Source: Balanoglossus misakiensis (lineage: Eukaryota > Animalia > Hemichordata). Taken from it: a stretch of 64,000 bases of DNA. The stretch is taken from positions 5,420,137 to 5,484,136 of the forward strand of contig CM082595.2 in assembly GCA_040954595.2 (NCBI GenBank). Reading direction: 5' to 3'. The notes beneath the pieces are model-generated. The model did not search any database and had not been told where the DNA came from. It saw nothing but the letters and a program-made list of their open reading frames with translations. The position numbers were made by a program, and so were the translations under genes. Shown here in pieces: positions 26,510-38,640 of this stretch (its first letter is position 1; each line of letters opens with the position of its first letter).

Positions 26510-29500
26510 TTAACGTGGCAGCAAATCGATGGAGTATGGGATACATCCCTCAAATTTCGACAGGTTTGGCAGCCTCTTCTTCTCTTCCTCAGAGAATTCG
26601 ACCACTTTCTCGTCGAATAATTCCTTGGACCCAAACATCGTGGCGTTGAACTGCACGACCGGTTCCAAATTCAGCTAAAAGATACAGAAATATTTAAACA
26701 AGTATATTCTGGTTAGTTCAAGTGTGAGTACTGTCCATAGAATATTGGACGAACAGCGAGGAAACAACTGACTACTGTATTCGGTACAGTGTCTGCACAG
26801 GGCTGTTGCGTGCATTTAGCGCACAAGGGTGTACGCGATTGAAATTAGATAGTCAAACAATGGTTCAGAGGAATTTTAAAGTAACACCCCACAATTCATA
26901 GGGATTAAACAGACTTTATATATCGCTAGTAAATTTGCACTCATCAGCAAAAACTCTGTGCGTCTTTGAACCCACAGCATACTTCTGTCATGCCTGTTCT
27001 AAGTGTTACCATATAAGCATACATAAGACAGTGGCCGCGTGCTCGTCCAGACAGAAAATACATTTCGGATGGTCGTTTGGCCAAGTGCACATATATCTAG
27101 CAATTCCCCACATTTTATACCAGACTCATTCTATGAATATAACGCTCAAGAAGGAAACTCACAAATTTATTGATGAAATTCTTCAGCCTGTTGTGCTGCA
27201 TCCTGGGATTCATGTCCAGGAGGGCTGGTATGTCGTATCTCAGAACCAGTGACTCTTGGAGGATGACCTGGTCAACGAACTTGCCATCTTCATAGTGGTC
27301 TATCTTGGGATGAAGGAATGCGTGGCAGGAACCTGCCTGGAAATCAGGGGTGTGGACAAAGTCATTGGCGACTGATACCTGTTCAAACCTAATGGTGGAA
27401 AAAATCATCAAAATGGATACTATAAATAAAAATCGTTAAAACTTTAACACATGAACCACATCAAATAAGAAATAGCGAAGCTGATTTGACTACACTCATG
27501 TCACTCTAAGCATGGCCGATTCTGTAACTTTGCATAACCGTTTTAAGACCATGCGTGAACGTCTTGGGAGTACAATTGTCGATCGAAAGGGTAAAATGTC
27601 TTTTCTAAGTTAAAGTTCCATACTGTCTACATGTATCTATCAATGTGTCCAATTCATTACTTTGAAATGTATAGGATTATCCGATGAATTTCGCAGTCTA
27701 TTGTGGTTTGGACGGACTACTTTCTAGACTGCAGGTCGGTGAATCCACTAAACCGGGAACTACTTTCATTTTTAGCCTCATTACCCAATTGACCTTGGCT
27801 CTATAACACCACTCAATATTATATCCTTACGCAGTGTGGTCAAGACTTGCGAGTTAAGACTTGTACAAAATCGCAACTGTTGCAGTATAGTTATTCATGA
27901 ACAGATGTACACAAATTTTGTATTACAGCCAAAATATGTAAATATTTGCTCTCACGGCAGAAGGCCTCTCTCTTCCTCTTGAATTGGACAAGCGCCCTCT
28001 GGCGCCTGGGGATGGCGCCAGAACTTTACTTACTCATCAAACCCATAGGCGAGTCGAACAACCAACAGATGTTTATACTTCTTCAGGAATCTGTCACTCT
28101 CGAGCACGTACGCCTTTGGAAGGTCTTCGTAGAAATCTGCCTTGACCGTCTTCTGTTTTCCTTGCTCGAATTCCGGGATTCCGACCACGTGGACCAGGAA
28201 ATCGTTCATCTGATAAATACTGTCACCAACGCTGGTGCGAGCTGTCGGGGAAAGGAAAGGAAGGAAAATGAAAAACACTAAACATATTCGCCTACACAGC
28301 CATTTTGTTTTTACAAATCGTTCTATAGTATTTCCCCAGACCTTTTTCTGTAGCGCAGCGGAAGAAGCAGTGGGGTCTGGGTAACCGAGACCTAAATTCT
28401 GTCACACCACACATTTAATACTAAATAGTGCATGGTCACCTGTGCTGAACATTACCGACAAAGGTTCCATCATAAAGATTTCTGAAAATCTCTTTACAGT
28501 AAACACTTTCGAAAGATAGATTTATGTATGCAATACAGAAATATTCATAGATGGCTCATCTTTCCTTCTTTGTCTGGGTAGGCCGGAAGTACAACTTCTG
28601 TTTAAAAATTACTCAATGGACGACTTTGTTAAATATCAGACAGGTGCTGTTTTACATACCAATAATTCGGTTGGCAATTGAATCCAGTGTAACATCAAGT
28701 TGGTCTATTGGGTAAGGAATACCGTGGTAATTCTCCTCCATCAATTTGGCCAAAGTGCGAATATTGTACCGGAAGCCGTGGATGAAACCGGAAGCTGCCT
28801 TTCTGTCGTTACACTGCATGCTAGTCCCAATGAAGTACATGTTTGGGATGGTGGTCTCCCAGGTATTGGAGAGGTGTGGGTATTTGCCGTCGACTTTGGT
28901 AGCTGAAATATGTCAAAAATGAAAATTAGTTTTCAGTGACCTAAAATCGGTTTGTTGCACAACGAGGAGGATGATAGTAACTCAAATATCTGTAGGCAGG
29001 ATATGTATATACAAGTACATGTATCTATTTTCTATTTTGAGGTCAACAAAAATCTAACACCAACTGAACCTTACCTGGCTTACAGTCTTCAGCGAACATT
29101 GACAGATTGACATACCGGAAACCAGTGCAGCAAATTACATGATCATACGGAGCAGGTCGAACCAAAAAGTAGCCCTTTTTCTCTTGCCAGTGGGCGACAA
29201 CATCCTTGAAGACTGCCAGGTACTTGTTCTCTGGTGTCTTCTCCACTGACTGAAGGATCATGGCCAAGTAGGCGGCCAAAGATTTCAGCTGGTACATGTC
29301 CAGTATGGTGTTGTTAATGGCACGCAGGTCACCTGGTAAAATAATATTTACATAGATCATCATCATCATGAATTATAATATGCTTGGTGTGAATCTAGCT
29401 CGCTGATTGGCTGGAGCCGCTTCGCTCGGTGATTATTTCCCGCCAAATATGCTAATTTTCACCTGAGAGGTCTTATATCCGCAACCAAATACCCTCGCTA

Positions 29501-30708
29501 GCCGTTTATAACCTCTAATAATTGTATGGAATTTAATATTTACCCACGAAATGACTTTCCCAAGCATGTATAACCTTTCTGTCGCCGAAGATATGCACTA
29601 GACTGGCATGGCCTGCCAAGTTGTTCGCTGTCTCGAAGGCACTGTTACCATTACCAATGATACAGACAGATTTGTTTTCATATGTCTCCGGGTTGACGTC
29701 GTGTTTCCAGTAGGTGTCCATCAGGTCTCGCCCTTTGATATCCTTCGGGATGTTTTCGGCAACGGCGCCTGTGGCGATGAGCATCACCTGGGACTTGTAG
29801 ACAGCTCCACCGGTGGTGGTTACTGTAAAATTCACGTTTGGGTCGTTGTCCTTGTTTCTGGTGATTTCTTCGACGCGCGTGTTGTATTTGACGTTGATTT
29901 GGAGCTTGGTGGCGAAGTCGTTCAGGTAGCGGACCAGGTCGTCGGCGTTTGGGAAGAGTTCCTTGGAATATTTCGAGAAGAGGAGTTCGGGATCGTCGCT
30001 GAGGAGGGAGTTCCAGTCGTGACGCATGTTGAACTCAGGCTCGGGGAACGGGTTGAACCGCTTATTTATGGAGATCAGGGTGCGATGGCGAGGATTGGTT
30101 TTGAAGAACGAACCCGGGACGTCGCTGGCTTCCAGAATAACGTACTTACGACCTGAACGTTTCAGGAAATACCCCATCTGAAGACCAGCAGGTCCAGCTC
30201 CAATAATAACATACTGATACGTACCTGTTAGATTTGAACGATGTCGGTCAGTTTTTCCAAAGTCTTAGAAAGCTGCATTAGTTTTACTACTGGTTGTCGT
30301 CCTCAGTGTTTTATACCGACTGAACTTATGTTGAGCTCTCAAAAGCATGACGTAACGGTATAAGCTAAAAACTCGCCGGCATCGTGTTTTCTAACGCTCA
30401 CAATGTTAAAAGTCCAGAACACTTTTAAAACATTAAATCACTTTATGAGGAGTATGCCACAGGTGTTGAGAACAATATATAAATTGGTGACCATGACTTT
30501 ATTGGTCTTTCTTTGAATGTTTGCTGAAAAGGACAAGTCAAATTGCAGCTATCCGCAGCCAACGCAGCAAACGTAAATTTGTGAAATCATTTGATGACTC
30601 TCAACCATGAACTTGTTTTTGTACACCACAATTTCCGAAAAGAGTGTAAATATTATCACAGCGATAATATATCTACAAACCTGGTGCGATTTCCGAACTG
30701 GAAGCCAT
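26510..30708 (-). CDS. FOXRED2-like FAD/NAD(P)H-dependent oxidoreductase, copy B (intact, about 602 aa)
   Basis: Exons 30708-30681, 30224-29544, 29332-29075, 28902-28660, 28241-28034, 27388-27163, 26674-26510 total 1809 nt in an open frame, with the same motifs and intron positions as copy A. Confidence 0.92.
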
Positions 30709-31290
30709 GGTCAATAAAAAGTATACCAAGTTATTGGAAACAACCTTATCCCTGGGCTGATGAAGGACTGTATGGAATAAAGACCACAATCTGGAGTTCA
30801 TAAACCCCACCCACGTGATATGTATGTTAATTAGCCGTATGCTTGTTTGTGTATGATACAAGGGTCACACAGGGTAAAATTCGAAATGTTTCATCAGAGA
30901 CGCTATTTGCCTATGGTAAACAGAGAATTAATTTGCGTAGCCTTGTATCCACACACACAAAGTTTATGTACAGGCGCTGAGGCTGTATATCTGTATATCA
31001 TTGGAAATATTAGAAATGTTTGTAAGGTGTAGTGTCAACTGACTACACAAATAATAAATATAACAGCCGATTCAAGAGTCCTTTTTGGAATGTGTTCAAT
31101 TATGTCCACATTACATACATAAAGTGAAGAAAAGTTTATGATAATGTATACGCGATTATTCATCTCTAATGAAGTCATTTCTGGCAAGACAGATGGTGCA
31201 GCTGACAAAGGACTTAAATTCAATGCCATGAGTAAATAAAGACACAGGTATCCATTGCGAACAGAAATAGCATATATACAAAAGCAGGGT

Positions 31291-34200
31291 CTAAAGTTCG
31301 TTGTGACTGAAATCTGTTGTAGACATTTTTGCAATCAGAAACTCCACAACTTCGACTGGCAGTGAACCTTGACCTCGTTCCAGAAATTCTTTAATGTCTT
31401 CTTGTGTTTTGTGTTCCCTAAGAAGGAACTCCTCGACTTCAGGTGGCTGTCGTTTGTCCAAAGATGCGAGAAGCTTTTCCACATCTTCTTGTTTCTTGAT
31501 AGATTGCCCGATGATGTTAATGGCACCTGAAATATCACATAGAAAAGACTTACATACAATGTAATACAAAGTAACAATCACAATGTTTGCAATGATGTAC
31601 ATTGTAGCAGTTACACTACAATGTAATACAAAGTAACAATCACATTGTTTGCAATGATGTACATTGTAGCAGTTATGCAACAATGTAATACAAAGTAACA
31701 ATCACATTGTTTGCAATGATGTACATTGTAGCAGTTATACTACAGTGTAATACAAAGTAACAATCACATTGTTTGCAATGATGTACATTGTAGCAGTTAC
31801 AATTTGTGCCTATATTGACTTGTTAGCGACTTTATCTAATGAAACCCGTATCTGCAGCTGTAGATGGAACAACACCCTGTAAATCTCGAGAGATACCTGG
31901 TTCAAAATCCTCCAATTCCTCATGAAACACCTCGGCAGGTACAAGCAGCAAGTCATCTGATGTCAGGAAACCATCTCTGTTCATGTCAAATTTTGCAAAG
32001 ACTTCGTCGTCCATGAGGGGTGTACCCTCGTGCTCTGACTGAACAAGACAACAAATGGGATAACGATAAATAAGTGAATACTAAACAATACCGTAAGGTG
32101 AAAATTAATTGCTACAAGGATATACTTAACATAGTGTAACATCAAGTTCAACAATTGAGACAAATTAGTCATTGGAATGTGCTTTGTCATACATGATGAA
32201 TGATGCAAATTGATTCTCAACACTTCAAGTGGTCTATTTCAATACTTGCAATTGACATTTTGCCATTTGTTAACAGCACATTAAGCCACTTGCAAGTGAC
32301 ACAGCTGTGAATATCGACATAATTAAACAGTCATCATACATTAGTCATGTGAATACATTTCTTTAATTTTAAAATTTTAAACTACACTCACCACTAACAG
32401 GGTCTTAATTTGTTCTAAAGTTACTTGTCCGCCATTGTTCTCAATCAGCTTTAGTATCATAAATCTAATGAAATAAAAAATATAAAAGAACAATAATTTA
32501 CATGTAATCCAATTCTTCTGCAATTTTCATTTTTGCTTTTGCATCTGTATTGTCTTTGTACTGTTTGATTTTGTTGCATGTTTCATTCCTTTGCAATGAA
32601 TTTAAATTTAAACATTAAAACAGCTTAGTTTTCATTACATCCATGTGTATGTGAGTGATACTAAAAGTAGGAGTTTGAGGAGAAAATCCTTGTACAGCTA
32701 TTTGAAAATTGATCCTATTATCCATATGAATGGTATATATCTTGAAATGTTTTCATTTAAGTTCCCAGATATTAATTAACCCTACATCTTCAAGGATCCA
32801 GATCAATTGACGTGTAAAAATGCATACAATCTGACAGGCTGGTGGATTTGACCTCTGCAAACTTTCACATTTTACTGTCTTGAATTGGTTTCTTGGTAAC
32901 TTGCAAGGATGTGTAACGTCTAATGTAGGCCTAAGTGTTTTGCCACTTCAGTTGATCTGATAAAACTGACTTGGTGTTCCGATGTTATGGCATGGTTCAG
33001 ATTGAATTGGATAACCTAATGTACTTGCTCTGGATTACACAACACAACACATTCATCAAGCTCTGTGTACATCTATCTTTATGTCAAAAATTGTGTATAC
33101 TTCTCTAAGTAGAGCAGAAAAAAGTTCATGTGCCCTACTAAAATTTAGCCAGCACCAGACATGCCCGAAAGTGCAGAAAAATGTTTGGTTATATAAATGT
33201 GCATTAAAATAACCCCACACCCACAGGTAAATAGTATTTTCTACTTTTAAACCTTTCATCGCCATGGTTTGGTCCAAATCTACTATTTCCTATAGTAAGT
33301 TGGACATCCTCCACCATGTTATTGTAAGTCTCAGGCCGCCAAAATTGAGATAATTTTACAGTTATTACGAACACTTTTAAGTCTGGGGGTGTACCGTGAA
33401 CTGGGGCTGCTGTCAAAGTCTGCCGGTATCTCACTCAGTTTCACCTGATTCATGTTGAGTGGGTCAAAGGTGATTGTTTACTTGAAGGCAAACTATATAA
33501 ACTTTTTATGTAAGAGTTTACATGTGGATAACGTCTGTCTGGGACTTAGATATACCGCTGTGTTAACCCTTTCTTTCATGTCACTTCAGAGTGGAGGGCC
33601 ATATCCTGTTTTGCTTTACAGATATGGACCAAGTACACCCCTATGAAACAATGTAAAACACTTAAATTCCATAATATGTAGACAGGCAAAATTTTTTAAC
33701 TGCTTAACTGTAAAGTAAGATTATGATTTGAATTACCACTTGGCAATGTACGGGACATTAAAGTTAGTTTATCTCGTTCTACACATGCAATTATTGTTCC
33801 ATGATTTTTTTCATTCTTGGCCGGGGACTTTTGCCAGTGATGTATCCTGAAAATTTCATCACGCGTCGGCAATTTGAACATGAAACTGCTCCTGATAGCC
33901 AATCACAAAAACTTTGAAAAAATACCAAACATCGTGATTGCAATCACTGTTAATGGTTTTGGCACATTTTGCATCTCTCACACTTTCTTTCTATCTATGG
34001 GTTGACAAACCTTCTGTCTGCCGTAAAAGTACAAGAAACTTTTGTGGGTCACATGGAGTTCATGACATTTTAGTTCAAACTGTTTACGACAGGGCAAGAT
34101 GACCTATAAAAATAAACTGGGGGTGATGGCATGACCTCTGTATGTGATCTGCAGATATTTTTTGCCAGCGATAGGGGAAGGGGTATTATCCAGCACCTAA

Positions 34201-37151
34201 ACATTCATAAGCACAGACTTAACTGTTTTTTATGGCTGACAAGGAACATATATCACAGATTCCATGTGCAAGACCCAATTATAATTTAAGCTGTATCAAT
34301 GAAACAAGTGTATGACAAAACAAATTCAGTGAGCATCACACACCAATACATGTACATGATGATAAAAGGGTAGTTTGGATGAAAATTTAGCGTTGGTCTC
34401 ATAAGAAAAAAAAGATTTCCTTATTTCAGCCAAAGTAGAGTTAGTCAGATATTGAGAATAAAAGGAAATGTAAAATACACATGTCTCATTTTCTTCTTAT
34501 CAACCAGAATATCGTTGTTCTGATAATGAGATTGAAATGAGATAACAGTACTATGTTAATCCATCAGCAGCTAACCTGAATTGTTCGGCTGGTGTGAATT
34601 GAAACCCCTCCAAAGGAACACCATGAGTATTGGATTCTGCCGTGCCCTGACAATCGGAGTCATTGAAGACAGACACAGGCGTCCACCAGATGTTGACAGC
34701 AATGTTGCGAGATAAAGATGTCACTTGATGTCCCCATCTGAAATAACAGAAATATCACTGATTGTTTGGAAACACTGGATAAAACTGACACTACAAAAAA
34801 AAAACTATTCGCGGCAAATACTGAACTACTGTTAAATTCTCACAATTGTTTCTTAACACACCCCTGAGGAGAATTCTGCTGTATTAACATCAATATTTGA
34901 AATAAAAACAATATACATCAAATTTTGATATGAAAACTATCTACCTGGGAAAATCAAGTAATGTCTTATTCAGAATATTTAAACTCCATTGCACAGGAGT
35001 GTACAAGGTTATTAATTACCAAAAAGTATAACAGAGGGCGCCCTTACCCACTAAATTTCACAGTGTCTCAAGAAATACAATTTCCCTCAGATCATGCAGC
35101 TAATTGTCATCACATGCTACTTAGCAGACCAGGTAGATAAAGAACAACTTGCTAACTGTTCAAATTTGCTAAAAACGAATATCACTATAAAATCAAAGTA
35201 TTTTATAGTATACTTACCCATAGGGGACATACATACAATCACCAGAGTCGAGAGATGCTTTCCACCATGGTACATCTTGTAGACCTGGGTAGGCATACAT
35301 ATCCACCTTATCCACATCAACTGCAGAGTAATCACCCTCTTTGTGATCAAAATCAATATGGTGGTTTTCACGCTGTGAGAAAAAAAATCACATGGAAAGA
35401 ATGAAATTCTGTAATATTAAAGCTAACCCACACCTGTTGAAAAGTCTACCATAAATTAAGTCTGTCAGGCCTGACATGTAGAGAAAACTTATCTTTTTTT
35501 AATTTGTAAACAAATTTTAATTCAGTCTGATAATTTGCTGAGAGAAAAAAAAATATGTACAAAAACCCATAATTTTATGTTTATAACACACCCACATTTT
35601 TCAGGGCCGACTCAGAGAAGCTACACCCATGATCCCTCATACAAGAAATATTACTTTTTTTGCAATATCGCTTGTACATGTACATGCAATCCAGCTCAAA
35701 TTATTTCAAGTATCTACCCCTACTAATATCTCCTATAATGACACATTTGTCAAGAATATAGCCATAAAAACAATGTTACTAATTAAATTAAGGAATTTCT
35801 TTCTTATGAGAAACTCAAAAACTAAATTTGCTAATCACTTACTATATCCACAAAGAACCATTCTTTTGTCCCACTTATCATGCACATAATGTTATCCACA
35901 GTATCCATGTGTAGGAACGACTTTGTGCCACCACTACTGAACCACAACACAGCGTCCTGGCAAGAAAGATTTACACAAGTAAGATTAATTAATATAAGAT
36001 CTTAAGATAAGATAATACTTTACTGAGTCAAAATATGGGTGATTAAAATTAAAATTATATCTGAATAGCAAGTGTACAATCTGGCAAGTGTCTCCATGTT
36101 GAAGTTGAATTTCTATGTCACAAAATTTCAATCAAATTTAAGTAGTGATTTTTTGTAAAACAAGATGGTGAACACCTTGTTTTCTTCTTTGTGTTTAAAA
36201 TGACTTCTTCCACACTTTTTCATAATCAGGAATTGAAAGGCTTGGAACAGTTAAACTATCATTTTTTGAAAATCTGTCCTCAAGACACCAACTACATGTA
36301 ACTTAACCCTTTCAACCCCATGCAGTTCCCTCTTTAGAGGTCCAACCTTACCCTGTAAAATATTTAACGGATTTTGACTGGACTCTGTTGGTGAAAGGGT
36401 TAGAACTCACCTGCAAACCTTTGGTGAAACCGCCACAGGTAATGCACGGAAGGAGAACATACTCGCTCCACATTGGTTCCGGCAAAGTGTCCACAAGATA
36501 ACGATCTGAGGAATTGTAGATGTCTAGAAATTCCGCTAACGGCAACGGATCAGCTGAGCGAGCTCTGTTCTCCTTTTTGCCGAAATCGACTCTCACGATG
36601 ACATCACCATAGTGAGCCCTGAAAAAAAGGGGGGGGGGAGCAATATCACAGAAATACTGATTTAATGGTTGGTGTATTTATTTTTCTCAAAATTGTACAG
36701 ATTTCCCCCCGTTTTGGAATTGATGTAGGGGGGTCACCCACTTTTCGATGTTCAATGAGGGGGGGGGGGGGGGTCAGTCACTCTTTGATATCCACATAAT
36801 AGAATCCACCGCCCCTCCCCCCAGGCGAAATGACTGACAAGTCCCTTACCTGAGATACTCGTCACTCCAGAGAAAGAACCCTGGTGACATTTTCGCCGCT
36901 CCTTTGAAAATCACCGGCTTGCTTTGCTTGACGTATTTGTCAAAGAACTCCCTCGGACTTGGAATTGTGTCTGTCACCTCAATATGGCCCTCTGGTGGTT
37001 GATGTGATCCAAGCCGTAGCAAATGACCTCTGGGGTCGCCGGCGCGACCTATGCAAATGTCCATAAGTATAACCATGGAAACCAGGAGGATGGTCTTTGA
37101 GACGTGAAGTATTTTGGTTTGAAAAGTACTCAGCATTGATGGTGGTTTCAT
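31291..37151 (-). CDS. JmjC/cupin-8 2-oxoglutarate Fe(II) oxygenase with N-terminal signal, EF-hand and C-terminal HNEL (about 463 aa)
   Basis: Exons 37151-36850, 36618-36411, 35956-35843, 35372-35218, 34737-34576, 32464-32392, 32038-31897, 31526-31291 total 1392 nt. Motifs EFFDKYV..KPVIFKGA..WSDEYL, LWFSSGGTKSFLHMD, GDCMYVPYGWGHQV..NIAVNIWW, EF-hand DMNRDGFLTSDD, and the terminus SHNEL-stop. Confidence 0.88.
31545..31800. repeat. 62-bp tandem array (reverse orientation) filling most of the last JmjC intron
   Basis: About four units of CAATGTAATACAAAGTAACAATCACATTGTTTGCAATGATGTACATTGTAGCAGTTA..., the reverse complement of the unit at 15451. Confidence 0.9.
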
Positions 37152-37804
37152 TTTTGACACTTTAGAGGTTGGCTGCTTTTTGTCAAAGTCACTGACTACA
37201 AGAAAGTGATGTAGGCGAAGAGTATGTTGTTATTAGAGAACATGGAACCACAATATACACGTATTTCAGAATCTTGTATCTGTATTTAAAAAAAGGAAAA
37301 AGAGAAAATTATGTATTTTGGATGTCATATAGCATTAATGGTACATTCATTTATTTGGAAAAGTAGAATACACAGCACCCCAAGCCGAATAAACTGGCCA
37401 GTCCCTTAATGAAGAACTTTCCATTTCGAAAATGAATTTCTACTAGAAAAATATGTTTTTATTTTATTAGGAAATCTGAATGCGACATAAGTCGTGTATT
37501 TTCTGATACAAAAACGCCTCTAAGACTTATACCATGCTTAAAGTTTTTTTTAAAAAGGCAGCTGAAAAACAACACATTGTTTTAAACCTAGGGTGTATAA
37601 ACCCCTCAGTTCTCAATAAGATTCCCTAATATGAAATGGTTTGATCCGGTGTAGCTACTGTGCACATATGTAACAGTTTTCGCCAAAAAGTAGCGGTTGC
37701 TTCCGGGTTCCAAAACACCTGGATATTACTGGGTAAAGTGCGATATTGCTGAACGAATAAATGGGTTTGTTAGCTGTAAATGTATATATATAATATAATC
37801 TCAC

Positions 37805-38194
37805 CGCCGCTCTGATCATTGAGTGATCTGATCAGAGTGTTCGATCCAAAACACGTCCCAGCGAAAACTTTCTCAAAGTTTGTAAACAAATCTTGACATA
37901 TGGACCCTCTAAGTTTTCAATACATTTATAAAGGTCAAACCGGGGTCAAACCGCTTTTGTCGGTTCAGGAGACCATCATAAAACGTACACAGTTAGAAGT
38001 AGGCTATGTCGTTTCAATAAAATCACACAACGTCTTAATCAGCTGAAATGGCGTGAAAATATTAAAACAAGCAAAACAAATCTCAGAACTGTTATTTCTC
38101 AGTGAGCTAGAGGGCTTCAGCTGTGAGCTCTGTGGATACCGGAAGTGGACAGCGCGATTCAATCAAGGCGATACCAAGCGGATCGTGATCCGAG
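37805..38194. promoter_or_regulatory. Probable bidirectional promoter and non-coding first exons for the JmjC gene (minus) and ANKRD49 (plus)
   Basis: Minus-strand donor GCG|GTGAGA at 37804 with a strong acceptor at 37280; plus-strand donor GAG|GTAGGT at 38195; ETS consensus ACCGGAAGTG at 38138-38147. Confidence 0.55.
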
Positions 38195-38576
38195 GTAGGT
38201 CATACGTGTAGATGAACAGGACAGTAAAATAAGCAGTTTGTATTTCCTGTCGTTTTTAACCGTTTGCCCTTGAAGCAACTGGAATTCGGACTTGAACTAG
38301 GTCGTGATCAGGATTTTCTCAGCCCTGTCATGATATGTCAATTTCCCAAATCCCCGACCCTCTTCCGGTGCCGTAAATCTTCCGCTTGGATCCCCCTTCT
38401 GTCGTAGTCTACCACTCCCCACTTTTAATTTCCATCTCCCTTTCAATTTGTTGCAGTACATGTAGTTGCGCTTATATCATAACACGTAGTGCGGCGCCTG
38501 TGGGCCTACATGCATGTATGGACACTCACACATGCACATTAATTAGTTATCCAAAGATGCATACACGTACGTACAT

Positions 38577-38640
38577 GTACATACATACATACATACATAC
38601 ATACATACATACATACATACATGTAAACACACACACACAT
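38577..38640. repeat. (TACA)n/(CA)n microsatellite
   Basis: Read directly from the sequence. Confidence 0.95.

Noticed and set aside
31527-31701. Cys/His-rich N-terminus of ORF 31291-31701
   Set aside because: Translation of the intronic 62-bp array; the true exon begins at 31526.
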